This document shows, piece after piece, positions 9,235-19,186 of a stretch of DNA of 32,928 nt (position 1 is its first letter; every line of letters begins with the position of its first letter). Origin of the DNA: Myxococcota bacterium (lineage in GTDB: Bacteria > Myxococcota_A > Polyangia > Polyangiales > Houyiibacteriaceae); assembly GCA_039030515.1 (NCBI GenBank), contig JBCCEA010000039.1, positions 1-32,928 of the forward strand, in the 5' to 3' direction. A program made the translations under genes and the position numbers. Under the pieces are notes generated by a model that did not search any database, was not told the origin of the DNA, and worked only from the letters and a program-made list of their open reading frames with translations.

Positions 9235-10083
9235 ATGTTATTGATCGCACTCGTGCTCTCTTTACTTCAGAATCCCGATGCTTGGATGGCTCTGCTGAGC
9301 TTGACCTGCCTCGAGATCATTCTCGGGATCGACAACGTCGTATTCATTGCGATTCTCGCCGGTAAGCTTCCTCCGCAAAAACAGCGAATCGCCTATCAGC
9401 TGGGATTGACAGGCGCACTGATCACTCGAGTGGCTTTACTGTTCAGCATTTCCTGGGTGATCGGACTGAAAGCCGATCTCTTTGAGTGGATGGGCTATGG
9501 AGTCAGTGGTCGCGACTTGATCTTGTGTATCGGAGGCCTGTTCCTGATCGGCAAGAGCGTTCAGGAAATCTACGAAAAAGTGGAACTGCAGCCCCACCAA
9601 AGGAGGGCGAGGCCGCACGCGGTCCGACATTCCCTCTGGTCGATCGTACTGCAGATCACCGTGCTCGATATCGTGTTTTCTTTGGACTCGATCATCACCG
9701 CTGTCGGCATGATCGAAAACAGCGACACGGCCGAAGGGCTGGCGATCATGGTCGCCGCTATCGTGACCGCGGTGCTCGTGATGATGGCCTTCGCGCGCCC
9801 CGTTGGCGATTTTGTGAATCGGCATCCCTCGGTGAAGATTCTCGCGCTTTCCTTTCTGATCCTGATAGGGGTGCTCCTCCTGATGGAAGCCTTTGATGGT
9901 CACGTGGATAAGGGATATGTCTACTTCGCGATGGGCTTTGCGCTCACGTTGGAACTGGTCAACATTCGCCGACAGCGCAATCTCGTCGCGCGCGATAACC
10001 GAGTTCGAGACACCGGCACGGCCGAGGACACCGGCACGATGATCCCAGTGCGGCCTCCGAGCGTTGCGCACCAAGAGGAGTGA
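9235..10083 (+). CDS. TerC family integral membrane protein
   Basis: LEIILGIDNVVFI, GRDLIL..GGLFLIGK, LDIVFSLDSIITAVG, KGYVYFAMGF. Start moved to ATG 9235. Confidence 0.93.
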   Translation: MLLIALVLSLLQNPDAWMALLSLTCLEIILGIDNVVFIAILAGKLPPQKQRIAYQLGLTGALITRVALLFSISWVIGLKADLFEWMGYGVSGRDLILCIGGLFLIGKSVQEIYEKVELQPHQRRARPHAVRHSLWSIVLQITVLDIVFSLDSIITAVGMIENSDTAEGLAIMVAAIVTAVLVMMAFARPVGDFVNRHPSVKILALSFLILIGVLLLMEAFDGHVDKGYVYFAMGFALTLELVNIRRQRNLVARDNRVRDTGTAEDTGTMIPVRPPSVAHQEE

Positions 10084-10088
10084 GGCTG

Positions 10089-11462
10089 ATGCGCCTTTCC
10101 ACTTTGTTGGGACCGGACCTGCGCGCAACCATCGAGTCCGATCCGGCGGGGCTGCTGGATGCTCTCGAGGAGTTTCACGCCGAAGACATCGCCGAGCTGA
10201 TCGAGAGTCTACCCGACGCGGACGCCATTCAGCTGATGCGGCTTCTGCCGGCTGAGCTGGGCGCCGACATCATCGAACGGGTAGAGTCCGATCGCCGAGA
10301 AACCATCCTACGCTCGTTCAACAAAGAACGACGGGTCGAGCTGCTTGCGGAGATGGATCCGGACGATCGGGTGGACGTGATCCAGGAGTTTTCCGATCCA
10401 AGCTATGCGGCAAAGGTCCTCGGAGAGATCAGTGAGGCCGATCCAGAGGTCGGTGAAGAGACCCGCGAGCTCGTCGCCTGGGCACCGGAGACCGCGGGGG
10501 GCATCATGACGACGCAGTTCGTCGCCCTGGAGCCTGAAACCAAGGGCTGGGAGGCGATCGAGCACTTACGAGGTGTGGGCCAGCGCGACGAGGCGGAGAC
10601 GCTGTACTACATGTACGTCTGTGGTTACGGACAGAAAATCCTCGGCGTGGTCTCCTTGCGGGATCTCATTTTGGCTGATCCGGGGGCGCGACTCTCGGAG
10701 TTGATGACCGAAAAGGTGGTTCGAGTCAGACCTGAGGACGACCAGGAACAGGTCGCTCGAATCATCGCTCGCTACGACTTGGCTGCCCTTCCCGTGGTGG
10801 ATGAGAACGGGGTGATGCTCGGCGTCTGTACCGTGGACGACGTCGTCGATGTGGTCATCGAGGAGGCCACCGAAGACGCACAAAAAATGGGAGGGGTCGT
10901 TCCCCTGGAAGACAGCTATTTTGCGACCGGGCTCGTCGAATTCATTTGGAAGCGGGCCACGTGGCTCGTGGTTCTCTTTTTTGGGCAGCTCCTCACGGCT
11001 TCCGTCATGGAGGCCAACGAGAAAACCCTCCGGCTCGTTTTGGAACTGGCTGTGTTCATCCCGTTGATCATCGCCTCCGGTGGCAACGCAGGGGCCCAGT
11101 CTTCATCACTGATCATCCGCGCTCTAGCCGTCGGAGAAATCCGTCCGAAAGACTGGCTGTCGGTGTTGGCCCGCGAAGTGGTGATCGGATGCTGCATTGG
11201 AATGACCCTGGGCGCCATCGGATTCCTCAGGGCATTTCTACTCGGTCAAGCGATCGATCCCACCTCGATCGCGCTGGTTGTAGGCCTCTCGATCGTCTGT
11301 ATCGTCGCCCTTGGCACCGTACTCGGTTCGCTATTGCCTATGCTTATCAAACGGCTCGGACTCGATCCGGCCGTCTCTTCGACCCCCTTCATCGCCTCGC
11401 TCATCGACGTGCTAGGGCTACTGGTCTATTTTGCACTCGCGCGCGCAATTATGCACCACTAG
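10089..11462 (+). CDS. mgtE: Magnesium transporter MgtE
   Basis: MgtE N domain, CBS pair (AGGIMT...LPVVD...TVDDVVDV), SGGNAGAQS, DPAVSSTPFIASLIDV; SD GAGGAG before ATG 10089. Confidence 0.95.
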   Translation: MRLSTLLGPDLRATIESDPAGLLDALEEFHAEDIAELIESLPDADAIQLMRLLPAELGADIIERVESDRRETILRSFNKERRVELLAEMDPDDRVDVIQEFSDPSYAAKVLGEISEADPEVGEETRELVAWAPETAGGIMTTQFVALEPETKGWEAIEHLRGVGQRDEAETLYYMYVCGYGQKILGVVSLRDLILADPGARLSELMTEKVVRVRPEDDQEQVARIIARYDLAALPVVDENGVMLGVCTVDDVVDVVIEEATEDAQKMGGVVPLEDSYFATGLVEFIWKRATWLVVLFFGQLLTASVMEANEKTLRLVLELAVFIPLIIASGGNAGAQSSSLIIRALAVGEIRPKDWLSVLAREVVIGCCIGMTLGAIGFLRAFLLGQAIDPTSIALVVGLSIVCIVALGTVLGSLLPMLIKRLGLDPAVSSTPFIASLIDVLGLLVYFALARAIMHH

Positions 11463-11560
11463 TCACCCACGATTATGCACCATCAGTGAATATTGGCGAC
11501 CCGGGAGCTATCTCCGTGTCGAACGAACTCTGAACACACGGGGTCGAGACGCACGACGAT

Positions 11561-12382
11561 TCAAACAAGCTTCAGCTGACGACCCAATTTCGAAGCGACC
11601 GGCAAAACCTCATCGAGAATCTCTGAGCTGCACGCGAGGATACCTCGTCGATTCGCCATCTCGGTTCCGCCATACACAAACGGCTCGCCCGCGAGATCCC
11701 TAAAGCAGCCACCCGCGGCCACCAAAATCGCCTCGGGACCGCAGGCGTCCCAAGCGCTCGATCGATCCGATAGGTGGACATAGAGGTCTGCCCGACGCTC
11801 GGCGATCATGCCCACTTTCAAGCCCACCGACCCGCTGCAAACCTCGTGCTGAATCCCCAACTGAGCGACCAAATCATCGGTTGCTTGACTGCGGTGCGAG
11901 CGAGAGACCACCAGACGAACGGAATCCATCGAAGCCGTCTCGCTCACCTGCAGCGCTGTCGTTCGATCCCCGACCCGTAAGGAGGCGCCCACTCCAACCA
12001 CACCCGAATACAGCTTGTCGCCCACCGGCTGGTAGACGACTCCCATCTTGGAGTTGCCGCCGATGGTGAGACCGATCATCACCGAGAACTCACCGTTCTT
12101 CGCGATAAACTCTTTAGTTCCATCGAGAGGATCGACGTACCAGATACGTTCTTTCCCGAGGGAATCCCCGTGATCCACGTTTTCTTCGGCTACGATGCCG
12201 TCTCCAGGAAAGGCCTGCTGAATCTGACCCACGATATACGCATTCGCTCGGGTGTCGGCTTCGGTCACCGGGTCCGCCGTTCCCTTCATCTTCACCTCGA
12301 TCTCCCCGTGGTAGAGCTCGAGAATCCTCTGGCCGGCTTCCTTTGCGATCCGCGTCGCAAGTTTCAGTTCATCAGTGAGCAT
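11561..12382 (-). CDS. cysQ: 3'(2'),5'-bisphosphate nucleotidase CysQ
   Basis: DPVTEAD, VDPLDGTKEF, SRSH, GSVGLK, AWDACGPEAIL. Confidence 0.9.
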   Translation of the reverse strand: MLTDELKLATRIAKEAGQRILELYHGEIEVKMKGTADPVTEADTRANAYIVGQIQQAFPGDGIVAEENVDHGDSLGKERIWYVDPLDGTKEFIAKNGEFSVMIGLTIGGNSKMGVVYQPVGDKLYSGVVGVGASLRVGDRTTALQVSETASMDSVRLVVSRSHRSQATDDLVAQLGIQHEVCSGSVGLKVGMIAERRADLYVHLSDRSSAWDACGPEAILVAAGGCFRDLAGEPFVYGGTEMANRRGILACSSEILDEVLPVASKLGRQLKLV

Positions 12383-12526
12383 GGGGGCCTCGTACCATGG
12401 AACTTGCGTGAGAAACACCATGCTTCCTGCGCGTCACAGGTCGCACCCTGCACAGCGTCGGCCGCCGAAGGACGACCGGGGATCCCGCGCCCGGCATGGA
12501 CGAGGAGGACGATGCTCCTGCCGCAT

Positions 12527-13402
12527 CTAGGAGCGCTGCTTGCGGAGCGTAAGCCGTACGTTGAGCGCGCCGCGGCCTCCCTGACGCCGACCTGCCGAAG
12601 TGAAGGCAAGCACCTTGGCGCTCAGAGTTCCCTCGGTGAGCGTCTGTACCACGAGGTCTGCAAGCACGCCGAGACCTCCGTAGCTGTGACGTCCCTTGCC
12701 GTGGATCACGCGTACAACCCGCGTTCCGCTACGGTGTGCGCGTCTTAGAAACGCGTTTAATGCATGCTCCGCCTCTCTTACGGTGAACCCGTGAAGATCG
12801 ATCTCTGTGTCTGATTGCTCCTCCGAAAGCCCGCGCAAGGCGACCGGATCTGCGTCATGCCGAATGGCTTCCACGCCGCCATCTTCATCAAAACTTACGC
12901 GAAATCGAAACGCATCAAGCCTATTTGAAGCACGCAAACGTCTCTGCCTGCCGCGCCCTTCGACTCGGAACCGCTGCTGTTTCAGCTCTGTCTCCGCGCG
13001 TATTCTCTTGGGGGAAGGCCTGTTCGCAAGCGGGGTGACATCCGCATAGAGCCTCTGCAGTGCCGCACGATCTTCGCGCAGCCGATGCTCGCTCTGCTCG
13101 GGTTTAAGCCGCTTTTCGCGTGGCCTCTGCAGTGCCGCACGATCTTCGCGCAGCCGATGCTCGCTCTGCTCAGGTTTAAGCCGCTTTTCGCGTGGCCTCT
13201 GTTTTTTGGCGTCTGCACGAGCGGAGGCATTGGTCGGGCACCGGGCAGCCTTCGGTTTGTTTGGCACCGCCGGGTTTGAATTGAACTCGGGCACTTCGGA
13301 GCGCTCAGGCATGTCGTTCGCAAGTCGCTCAAAAGGTCGGTTCGAGAAGACCGCAGTAGAGTCGCCAGGCCGAGCCCGATCTCGTTTTATGCGACTGACC
13401 AT
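12527..13402 (-). CDS. Smr/MutS2 C-terminal domain protein
   Basis: IDLHGFTVREA, VIHGKGRHS, GGRGAL. N-terminus is low complexity and the start is uncertain (ATG 13402 chosen). Confidence 0.85.
   Translation of the reverse strand: MVSRIKRDRARPGDSTAVFSNRPFERLANDMPERSEVPEFNSNPAVPNKPKAARCPTNASARADAKKQRPREKRLKPEQSEHRLREDRAALQRPREKRLKPEQSEHRLREDRAALQRLYADVTPLANRPSPKRIRAETELKQQRFRVEGRGRQRRLRASNRLDAFRFRVSFDEDGGVEAIRHDADPVALRGLSEEQSDTEIDLHGFTVREAEHALNAFLRRAHRSGTRVVRVIHGKGRHSYGGLGVLADLVVQTLTEGTLSAKVLAFTSAGRRQGGRGALNVRLTLRKQRS
13051..13201. repeat. 72-bp in-frame tandem duplication in the Smr gene
   Basis: Copies start at 13051 and 13123 with one mismatch; encode QRPREKRLKPEQSEHRLREDRAAL twice. Confidence 0.95.
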
Positions 13403-13492
13403 TCGACAAGGGTATTGTAAACTCGGCGCGATCGCATGGGGTCGAAGGAACCAAAGTGTACGGACTCGTCTCCTGACGAAGCACATGTCCCC

Positions 13493-14302
13493 ATGAACGA
13501 CGAAGCCGAAGAGGAGCCATCTCTGCCCCCAGGCCTGCTATCGCGACTACGCGCCTGCCTTGAGTGCGTGCACGCCGATATCCAAGCCGTGCTGAAGCAC
13601 GATCCGGCCGCGCATAGTCTTCTCGAGGTACTCCTGACCTACCCTGGCCTACACGCCCTATGCGTACATCGAATCTCGAATATCCTTTGGGAACGAAAAC
13701 ATAAACTGAGCGCACGTGTGTTGTCCCATCTAGGTCGCTTTTTTACGGGCATCGAGATTCATCCAGCAGCTCGAATGGGCCGCGGCGTGTTTATCGACCA
13801 TGGAATGGGAGTCGTCATAGGCGAAACCGCAACGGTCGGAGACGACTGCATCTTATTCAAGGGCGTGGTGCTCGGAGGAACCAATCGAACACATCAACAG
13901 CGCCATCCGCAACTGGGACAGGGCGTTGTCGTGGGAACCAATGCGTGCATCCTGGGGAATATAGAAATTGGAGACGGCGCACGAGTCGGCTCTGGGTCGG
14001 TGGTGCTCCGATCTGTGCCGCAAAATGCAACGGTCGTGGGAGTGCCGGGACGAATCGTGGACCGCAAGAGCGATCGGACGCGCCGCGTTCATGCGGATCT
14101 AGATCATGCAGCGCTGCCCGATCCGATCTCGAGCACGCTCCGCTCACTCAAGGACGCGTATGCGCAGATACATGAGCGAATCCGAGCTCTGGAGCACCAC
14201 CTCGGTATGGATCCGTCAAAGGACCATGACGAAACAGCGATTCACTCAACTGCAGGGAATCAACCGCCGAGAAGCGTTAGAGAGCCAATGCCCACGGAGT
14301 AA
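13493..14302 (+). CDS. cysE: Serine O-acetyltransferase
   Basis: DPAAHSLLEVLLTYPGLHA, TGIEIHPAA, FIDHGMGVVIGETA, RHP, TVVGVPGR, LDHAALPDP. Confidence 0.95.
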   Translation: MNDEAEEEPSLPPGLLSRLRACLECVHADIQAVLKHDPAAHSLLEVLLTYPGLHALCVHRISNILWERKHKLSARVLSHLGRFFTGIEIHPAARMGRGVFIDHGMGVVIGETATVGDDCILFKGVVLGGTNRTHQQRHPQLGQGVVVGTNACILGNIEIGDGARVGSGSVVLRSVPQNATVVGVPGRIVDRKSDRTRRVHADLDHAALPDPISSTLRSLKDAYAQIHERIRALEHHLGMDPSKDHDETAIHSTAGNQPPRSVREPMPTE

Positions 14303-14326
14303 CCAGGGGGACGGCAACCATGTTCG

Positions 14327-14503
14327 CTACCAGAGATCGATCACTACGATTCCTCGCTCTTCGCCCGGAGACGGCTCGCCCGGTGCGCCTGGCTCTTGTC
14401 GAGACTGGGGTAGCTCCAGCTGAATCTGCCTCGGAGAGTCTTCGAGATTCCAGCTCTTCCGTTGCCGCCGAAGCATTTCGTCGATCACATCGAAGTCCAT
14501 CAT
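14327..14503 (-). CDS. Small hypothetical protein (~58 aa)
   Basis: MMDFDVIDEMLRRQR...QLELP...ERGIVVIDLW; fills an intergenic gap and resembles, from memory, small myxobacterial proteins ending RGVVIID. Confidence 0.6.
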   Translation of the reverse strand: MMDFDVIDEMLRRQRKSWNLEDSPRQIQLELPQSRQEPGAPGEPSPGEERGIVVIDLW

Positions 14504-14679
14504 GCAGTACAAGTTTTGCACACTACGTGCCTAACTCGTCACGATTAAATTTCGGTGCTTGGCCGACTAAATCAAACTCTTACGACACCTGCAGTGTTGC
14601 ACAGGAGGCAACAGAGTCGTCGACTGTACTCTCGGAAGCGACAACGCGACTTTTATCGGTCCGATCTGGGGAGGTCTAG

Positions 14680-16227
14680 GTGCGTCTATCCGGGGTGGAT
14701 ACAATAGCGTTCGTATCCTACATCGCAGTTGTTGTAGTCGTATCCCTTACGGCATCCAGGCAAAAAGAACATACTGAAGGATACTTTCTCGCTGGACGTA
14801 ACCTGAGTTGGTGGCTCATCGGACTTTCCCTTATCGCGTCCAACATTTCTACTGAGCATCTCGTAGGGATGAGCGGCAAAGGGTTTGAGCTTGGACTCGC
14901 AATAGCGAGCTTTGAATGGATCGCCGCAGTAGCCCTGGTACCCGTCGCACTCGTTCTACTGCCGCGTTTTCTAGAACGTCGAATCTATACGCTCCCTGAG
15001 TACCTTGAGTGGCGATACAATTCTACCGCCAGAGCCATTATGGCCTTCTACCTAATGGTACTTTACGTACTCGCCGCAATGGCTGGAATCCTTTATACCG
15101 GCGGTTTAGCACTCGAAGGCATATTCGGGGTAAATCTTTACTACGGAGTGTGGGGAATCGGCCTACTGACCGGAGCGTATACGGTCTATGGTGGATTGAA
15201 AGCGGTAGTCTGGTCTGACTTGATACAGGGTCTGACCCTACTTGCAGGCGGAACGCTTGTTTTCGTGCTCGGGCTCGATAAGGTTGGTGGGTTTTCAAAC
15301 TTTCTAGCAGTCAATGCCGACAAACTTCACATGGTATTGCCTCTTGACCATGCAGAGATGCCTTGGAGCATATTTGCACTAGGAATCTGGATACCCAATA
15401 TCTGCTACTGGGGACTCAATCAGTTCATCACCCAGCGCGTGCTGGCGGCGAAGGACTTGGCAGCCGGCCAAAGAGGAATCCTCTTTGCTGCTTTTTTGAA
15501 ACTCTGGATTCCCTTTATCGCAGTGCTGCCGGGGATCATGGCACACCAACTCTACGGCGAGGAAATCGCAAAAGGAGATCACGCCTACGCGTACTTTGTA
15601 CAAGAGCTGCTTCCACCGGGGCTCCACGGAATCATGTTTGCAGCCCTCTTGGGTGCAGTCATGAGCTCACTGGACTCGATGCTCAACTCTGCATCGACAA
15701 TCTTTACCATCGACCTCTATGGCCGCTACCTGGCAGGCGCACATGCGACCGATAAAGACTTGGTGCGCATTGGTCGATGGGCCACGGCCTCCTTCGTGAC
15801 GATCGCTTGTCTTGTCGCCCCTGAGCTTCGGCACATGGGATCGATTTACGACTATATGCAGTCTGCATGGAACTTTATCTGGCCAGGCACCCTGGCTGTG
15901 TTTGCTATGGGAATCCTTTCAAAGAAAACCACGGCAAGCGCGGCAGTCCTTGGCCTCATCGCATCGGTTCCCTTGTATGCCGTGTTCTTAGCAATTCTTG
16001 AGGGACAGTACCTCAACGCCTCAGCGCTCGCCGCGCTATGCACTTTTATATTGGTTATCGTCACTTCGCATGTATTCCCCGTATCACCCAAAGAACCCGT
16101 ACCACCCAAAGAAGCAGTGCAGTCTCAGAGCGAATTCAAGGAGTTCTTTGTGGGCTCGCCGAGCATCAAAATCGCGAGTCTCGTGATCATCATGTGCACT
16201 ACAAGCCTGTATATCTTCTTCTGGTAG
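14680..16227 (+). CDS. Sodium:solute symporter (SSS family, sugar/inositol-type)
   Basis: YFLAGR, SLIASNISTEHLVGMSG, YTLPEYLEWRY, YGGLKAVVWSDLIQ, YWGLNQFITQR, MSSLDSMLNSASTIFTID. Confidence 0.95.
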   Translation: MRLSGVDTIAFVSYIAVVVVVSLTASRQKEHTEGYFLAGRNLSWWLIGLSLIASNISTEHLVGMSGKGFELGLAIASFEWIAAVALVPVALVLLPRFLERRIYTLPEYLEWRYNSTARAIMAFYLMVLYVLAAMAGILYTGGLALEGIFGVNLYYGVWGIGLLTGAYTVYGGLKAVVWSDLIQGLTLLAGGTLVFVLGLDKVGGFSNFLAVNADKLHMVLPLDHAEMPWSIFALGIWIPNICYWGLNQFITQRVLAAKDLAAGQRGILFAAFLKLWIPFIAVLPGIMAHQLYGEEIAKGDHAYAYFVQELLPPGLHGIMFAALLGAVMSSLDSMLNSASTIFTIDLYGRYLAGAHATDKDLVRIGRWATASFVTIACLVAPELRHMGSIYDYMQSAWNFIWPGTLAVFAMGILSKKTTASAAVLGLIASVPLYAVFLAILEGQYLNASALAALCTFILVIVTSHVFPVSPKEPVPPKEAVQSQSEFKEFFVGSPSIKIASLVIIMCTTSLYIFFW

Positions 16228-16403
16228 TCGACCGAGAATCTTCGCTGCATCCCGACTCGCGAGCGCCAACCTAAAGTCTTTCTCTGGCAGCCAGAGCATA
16301 TGCACAGCGCCGGCGGACAACCCTAGTGGAGATGCAGCGTTTGCGCGGAATGTGTGCATTCACTGCAGGACGCCGACCGGTGATTCCTATGCTAAGTAGC
16401 GCC

Positions 16404-17468
16404 ATGACTATCCCGTTTGTACCGGAGGGTGTCTGGACCGCACTCGCTACCCCTTTTACCAAGGACAACTCGCTGGATCTGGAAGCGTTTACTCGGCTGG
16501 CACAGTTTCAAATTCAGCAGGGGGCTCAGGGCTTGGTGCCTTGTGGGACGACCGGAGAGTCACCGACTTTATCCGCAGGGGAACGCAGGACACTGATCGA
16601 GTCTGCGGTACACCTGGCCGGCGGACGTTTGGGGGTGCTCGCAGGAACCGGCAGCAACAATACGGCCGAGGCGATTCGTGGGGCGCGAGAAGCAAAGGAG
16701 CTCGGCGCTGACGCAGTCCTGCTGGTCGACTGCTACTACAACGGACCAAGCAGTCTGGAGCTGCGCACCGAATATTACGAGAGAGTCCTCGCAGCGGTAC
16801 CGAATATACCGCTTGTGCCCTACGTCATCCCCGGCAGAACCGGGTGCATGCTTTCGATCGCCGACCTCATTCATCTACATCAAAGCCATGCCGAGCGAGT
16901 TTTCGCCGTGAAGGAAGCGACCGGAGACGTAAATCGCATGCAGCTTGAACGCGAGCTGGCCCCGGAACTGCAGATCCTGTCGGGTGACGACGAACTCACT
17001 CATTCGCTTGTCGACGATCCGAACATCAAAGCCTCTGGAACGATCTCGGTCATGAGCAACATCGTGCCGGCGGCGATTCATCGCGTGGTGGAGGCATTGC
17101 GAACGGGAGATCGAGACGAAGCAGCGCGGATGCATGCTGCGATTCAACCTCTGCTCGAGCGGGTGGGCTGTACGCTTTCCTCTGAGCGCATCCTACCGAA
17201 CGGACGAAGGCTTCGAGTAGAGGACAAGTTTCGCAATCCGGTACCGGTCAAGACGATGATGGCCGGACTCGGGATGATCCCGGCGCATATTCGAGCTCCG
17301 CTCGGTTGGATGACGCATCCTGCGGTGCAGCTTTGTCGAGAGGCGCTGCAGACGGTGTTTCGACAATCGGCCTTTGTACTGGAGCCGATCGCCACGCATT
17401 TCGGAGTCGACATCGAGGCGCGCCTGCGAGACGACGCGCTGTGGTCTAGTTTGGCTCGAGCAGTCTAG
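16404..17468 (+). CDS. dapA: 4-hydroxy-tetrahydrodipicolinate synthase (long form)
   Basis: TALATPF, GTTGES, AGTGSNNT, YYN, YVIPGRTG, VKEATG, LSGDD, NPVPVK. Confidence 0.88.
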   Translation: MTIPFVPEGVWTALATPFTKDNSLDLEAFTRLAQFQIQQGAQGLVPCGTTGESPTLSAGERRTLIESAVHLAGGRLGVLAGTGSNNTAEAIRGAREAKELGADAVLLVDCYYNGPSSLELRTEYYERVLAAVPNIPLVPYVIPGRTGCMLSIADLIHLHQSHAERVFAVKEATGDVNRMQLERELAPELQILSGDDELTHSLVDDPNIKASGTISVMSNIVPAAIHRVVEALRTGDRDEAARMHAAIQPLLERVGCTLSSERILPNGRRLRVEDKFRNPVPVKTMMAGLGMIPAHIRAPLGWMTHPAVQLCREALQTVFRQSAFVLEPIATHFGVDIEARLRDDALWSSLARAV

Positions 17469-17752
17469 TCTGGCTCGAGCGGTCTGGTTCAGTCGGGGCC
17501 AAACGTGCCGAAGACCACCACTACAACGTTGCTGGAATCGGCCTCTGCAGTCTTCGAACGCATCTTGACGGCCTTCGCTCCGCTGTGATGAATGACGCAT
17601 CCTGTGTGTCTTTCGGTCGCAGTCGCCGCTAGCGGTTTGCTCTTCAGGACCCTACAGCTTCCAATAGGCAGAAGCGTTGGGTATCGGAGGGTGGGTCCTT
17701 TGCACACGCTCCGATTTGACTCAGGATGCCTCCGAGGCTTTGATATCTTGTC

Positions 17753-18466
17753 ATGAATAAGGTTCTTCCCTCAGCTGAGGCTGCTCTCGCCGACGTTCAC
17801 GATGGAACTACCCTGATGAGTGGGGGGTTCGGGCTGTGCGGTAATCCCGAAGACTGCATTCGTGCCCTTCGCCGAAAAAACGTGAAGAACATTCACGTGA
17901 TAAGCAATAATTGCGGCACAACTCTGGAAGGCCTCGGACTTCTGCTCGAAAACGGGCAGGTGAGAAAGATGACTTCCTCCTACGTGGGTGAGAACAAGAA
18001 CTTTGCGAATCAGTTCTTGAACGGGAAGCTCGAAGTCGAACTGAACCCGCAAGGTACGCTCGCGGAGCGCATCCGGGCGGGTGGAGCAGGAATAGAGGCT
18101 TTCTTCACCCCAACCGGCGTCGGCACACCGGTCGCTGAAGGAAAAGAAGTGCGCGACTTCGGTGGCCGTTTGTGTGTTCTCGAGACGGCGCTTCGAGCGG
18201 ACTTCGCCATCATCAAAGCATGGCGAGGCGACGCCTGGGGCAATCTTGTGTATCGAAAAACTGCCCAAAATTTTAATCCAATCATGGCGACTGCAGCTAA
18301 GATAACGGTCGCCGAAGTAGAAGAGCTCGTCGATGTCGGCGAGCTCGACCCAGACCAGATTCACACACCCGGCATTTACGTTCAGCGTGTGATCCAAGCT
18401 ACCGACTACGAGAAACCCATCGAGCAACGGACCGTGCTCAAGCGAAAGGAAAGCGTATGCCACTGA
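17753..18466 (+). CDS. scoA: Succinyl-CoA:3-ketoacid CoA transferase subunit A
   Basis: [43 protein letters not shown]. Confidence 0.95.
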   Translation: MNKVLPSAEAALADVHDGTTLMSGGFGLCGNPEDCIRALRRKNVKNIHVISNNCGTTLEGLGLLLENGQVRKMTSSYVGENKNFANQFLNGKLEVELNPQGTLAERIRAGGAGIEAFFTPTGVGTPVAEGKEVRDFGGRLCVLETALRADFAIIKAWRGDAWGNLVYRKTAQNFNPIMATAAKITVAEVEELVDVGELDPDQIHTPGIYVQRVIQATDYEKPIEQRTVLKRKESVCH

Positions 18467-19122
18467 CCCGCGACCAAATGGCACAGCGCGTCGCAGCCGA
18501 GCTACGCGATGGGTACTATGTCAACCTGGGTATCGGAATGCCGACCTTGATCGCCAACCATATCCCAAGCGGGATGGATGTGATCCTTCAGTCTGAAAAC
18601 GGTCTCTTAGGCATCGGCCCGTTTCCAGAAGAAGGAGCAGAAGACGCAGATCTCATCAACGCAGGCAAACAGACGGTTACGGGTGTCCCGGGATCTTCGT
18701 ACTTCAACAGCGCAGAGTCTTTCGCGATGATTCGCGGGGGTCATGTCGATATGTGCGTGCTTGGCGCCATGCAGGTCTCTGCGTCGGGAGACCTCGCCAA
18801 CTGGATGATACCCGGAAAAAAGGTCAAGGGTATGGGCGGTGCGATGGATCTGGTCGCGGGGGCTCGCCGGGTCATCGTGATGATGGAGCAGGTCACGAAA
18901 TTTGGCGAACTAAAGATTCTCGACGAGTGCAGTCTTCCTCTCACCGGGATCGCATGTGTCGACGTTATCGTCACCGATATTGCGGTGTTTCAGGTAACTG
19001 AAGTCGGGCTACTACTCAAAGAGCATGCTCCTGATGTAAGCATCGAGGACGTGAGAGATAGAACGCAGCCCGACATCATCGTCGCAGACGACCTACGCAA
19101 GATACCGATACACCTGAACTGA
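18457..19122 (+). CDS. scoB: Succinyl-CoA:3-ketoacid CoA transferase subunit B
   Basis: [14 protein letters not shown] (catalytic Glu), [22 protein letters not shown]; overlaps the scoA stop. Confidence 0.95.
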   Translation: MPLTRDQMAQRVAAELRDGYYVNLGIGMPTLIANHIPSGMDVILQSENGLLGIGPFPEEGAEDADLINAGKQTVTGVPGSSYFNSAESFAMIRGGHVDMCVLGAMQVSASGDLANWMIPGKKVKGMGGAMDLVAGARRVIVMMEQVTKFGELKILDECSLPLTGIACVDVIVTDIAVFQVTEVGLLLKEHAPDVSIEDVRDRTQPDIIVADDLRKIPIHLN

Positions 19123-19186
19123 TCTCGACCGATTCACCTCGGCCGTCGCGCTTGACCCGACAGTCAGAAGCACCCAGGATGCTTCG

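Noticed and set aside
14680..17468. Sialic acid uptake and lyase (SSS plus nanA) module
   Set aside because: The enzyme has GTTGE and the PGRT arginine typical of DapA rather than NanA, and appears to have its own promoter.
17771..18484. Long antisense ORF over scoA, and similar shadow ORFs (9436-10128, 22269-22952, 23311-23979)
   Set aside because: They overlap better-supported genes, show no motifs, and are expected in GC-rich DNA.
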